Below, one piece after another: positions 63,292-64,000 of a DNA stretch of 64,000 bases. The stretch lies in NCBI GenBank assembly GCA_965223505.1, contig CBDCWP010000040.1, positions 160,001 through 224,000 of the forward strand. The letters run 5' to 3'. Within the stretch, counting starts at the first letter, position 1, and every line of letters starts with the position of its first letter. A program made the translations under genes and the position numbers. This stretch comes from Planctomycetota bacterium (lineage in GTDB: Bacteria > Planctomycetota > PLA2 > JAEUHO01). The notes under the pieces are model-generated. The model was not told where the DNA came from. It saw nothing but the letters and a program-made list of their open reading frames with translations, and did no database searches.

Positions 63292-63694
63292 GTCGGATCT
63301 CCTTTGATTCGGTGCTGCTCTACCACACTGCCGCCGTCGCACGCACGCGCAAACAAGGGGCTGACAGGTTCCGGCCGAGCCGCGCCGGTCGCGGCTCTCG
63401 CGACGCGCCTCGAACCGCCCCGAATCAGGCCCTTCAACGGCCCTGTGATGAAACGGTGACACTCCGAACCGCTTTCCCAGGTGCCCCTGGAGAGGCCGTC
63501 TAGGGCTCCTAGAGCCCCAATTCAGGGCCCAGGGCGGGATTCGAGAGGTTGTGGACGGGGACCTGGGGATTCGTCCGGGCTGCCTTGGCCCGAATGAGTG
63601 CTCAGGTTAGTCTCCCGAAGGCCGACGAATTTCGACGGCAAACAGTTTCGACCCGGCGCCGCGGGTGCGGGTCCATAGGGAGGATATCGATCTC

Positions 63695-63919
63695 ATGAAG
63701 AAGATCGTTGCGATCGTCGCGCTCGTGGGCTTCTGCAGCCTGCTCGGCGCTTGTTCGAACTTGCTGGGTTGCGGCTGCGAGCCGGATCCGTGCTGCGAGC
63801 CCGTCTACCAGAGCCCCTGCTGCCCCGCTCCGAGCGGTGGTATCGCGGGCACGCCCGCCAGCGGTGGCGGCGGTGGTGGCGGCGGCAGCTGCGGCGGCGG
63901 CAGCGGCTGCGGCGGCTAG
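63695..63919 (+). CDS. Small Cys/Gly-rich lipoprotein
   Basis: GGAGG RBS; MKK signal with LLGAC lipobox; CGC, CC, CC and GGSCGGGSGCGG. Confidence 0.75.
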   Translation: MKKIVAIVALVGFCSLLGACSNLLGCGCEPDPCCEPVYQSPCCPAPSGGIAGTPASGGGGGGGGSCGGGSGCGG

Positions 63920-64000
63920 CCAACTCTGCCGGTTCGGTTGAGCCGGCCTACAGCCGACCGTGAAGGCCCCGGCAGGGGGGCCTGACAGTCAGCAGGGCGT

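Overview
High-GC bacterial chromosomal window, probably Planctomycetota-like (inferred from HEAT-repeat secreted proteins, kinase-associated and C-terminally extended ECF sigma factors, and kinase-FGE fusions). Housekeeping flanks: metH (truncated at the window edge), tpx, an M1 aminopeptidase, serA, serC, DUF1015 and idi on the left; tRNA-Ser, tadA, a Fur-family gene and purD on the right. GTAG-type REP palindromes are scattered through the left flank. A central accessory block (~28.7-52.4 kb) holds (i) an unannotated array of 14 tandem tRNA genes, one per amino acid, with no U34 anticodon, many non-canonical loop residues and a possible leader-peptide attenuator, and (ii) a signalling cluster of two ECF sigma factors, an FHA-kinase, an FHA-protease, a STAS protein and three paralogous Ser/Thr kinase receptors with tandem, variable FGE/C-type-lectin-fold domains and shuffled accessory modules. 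Two candidate selenoproteins (UGA followed by a SECIS-like hairpin) lie at ~9.5-9.9 kb and ~22.8 kb. All calls are by eye from motifs; no database searches were run.
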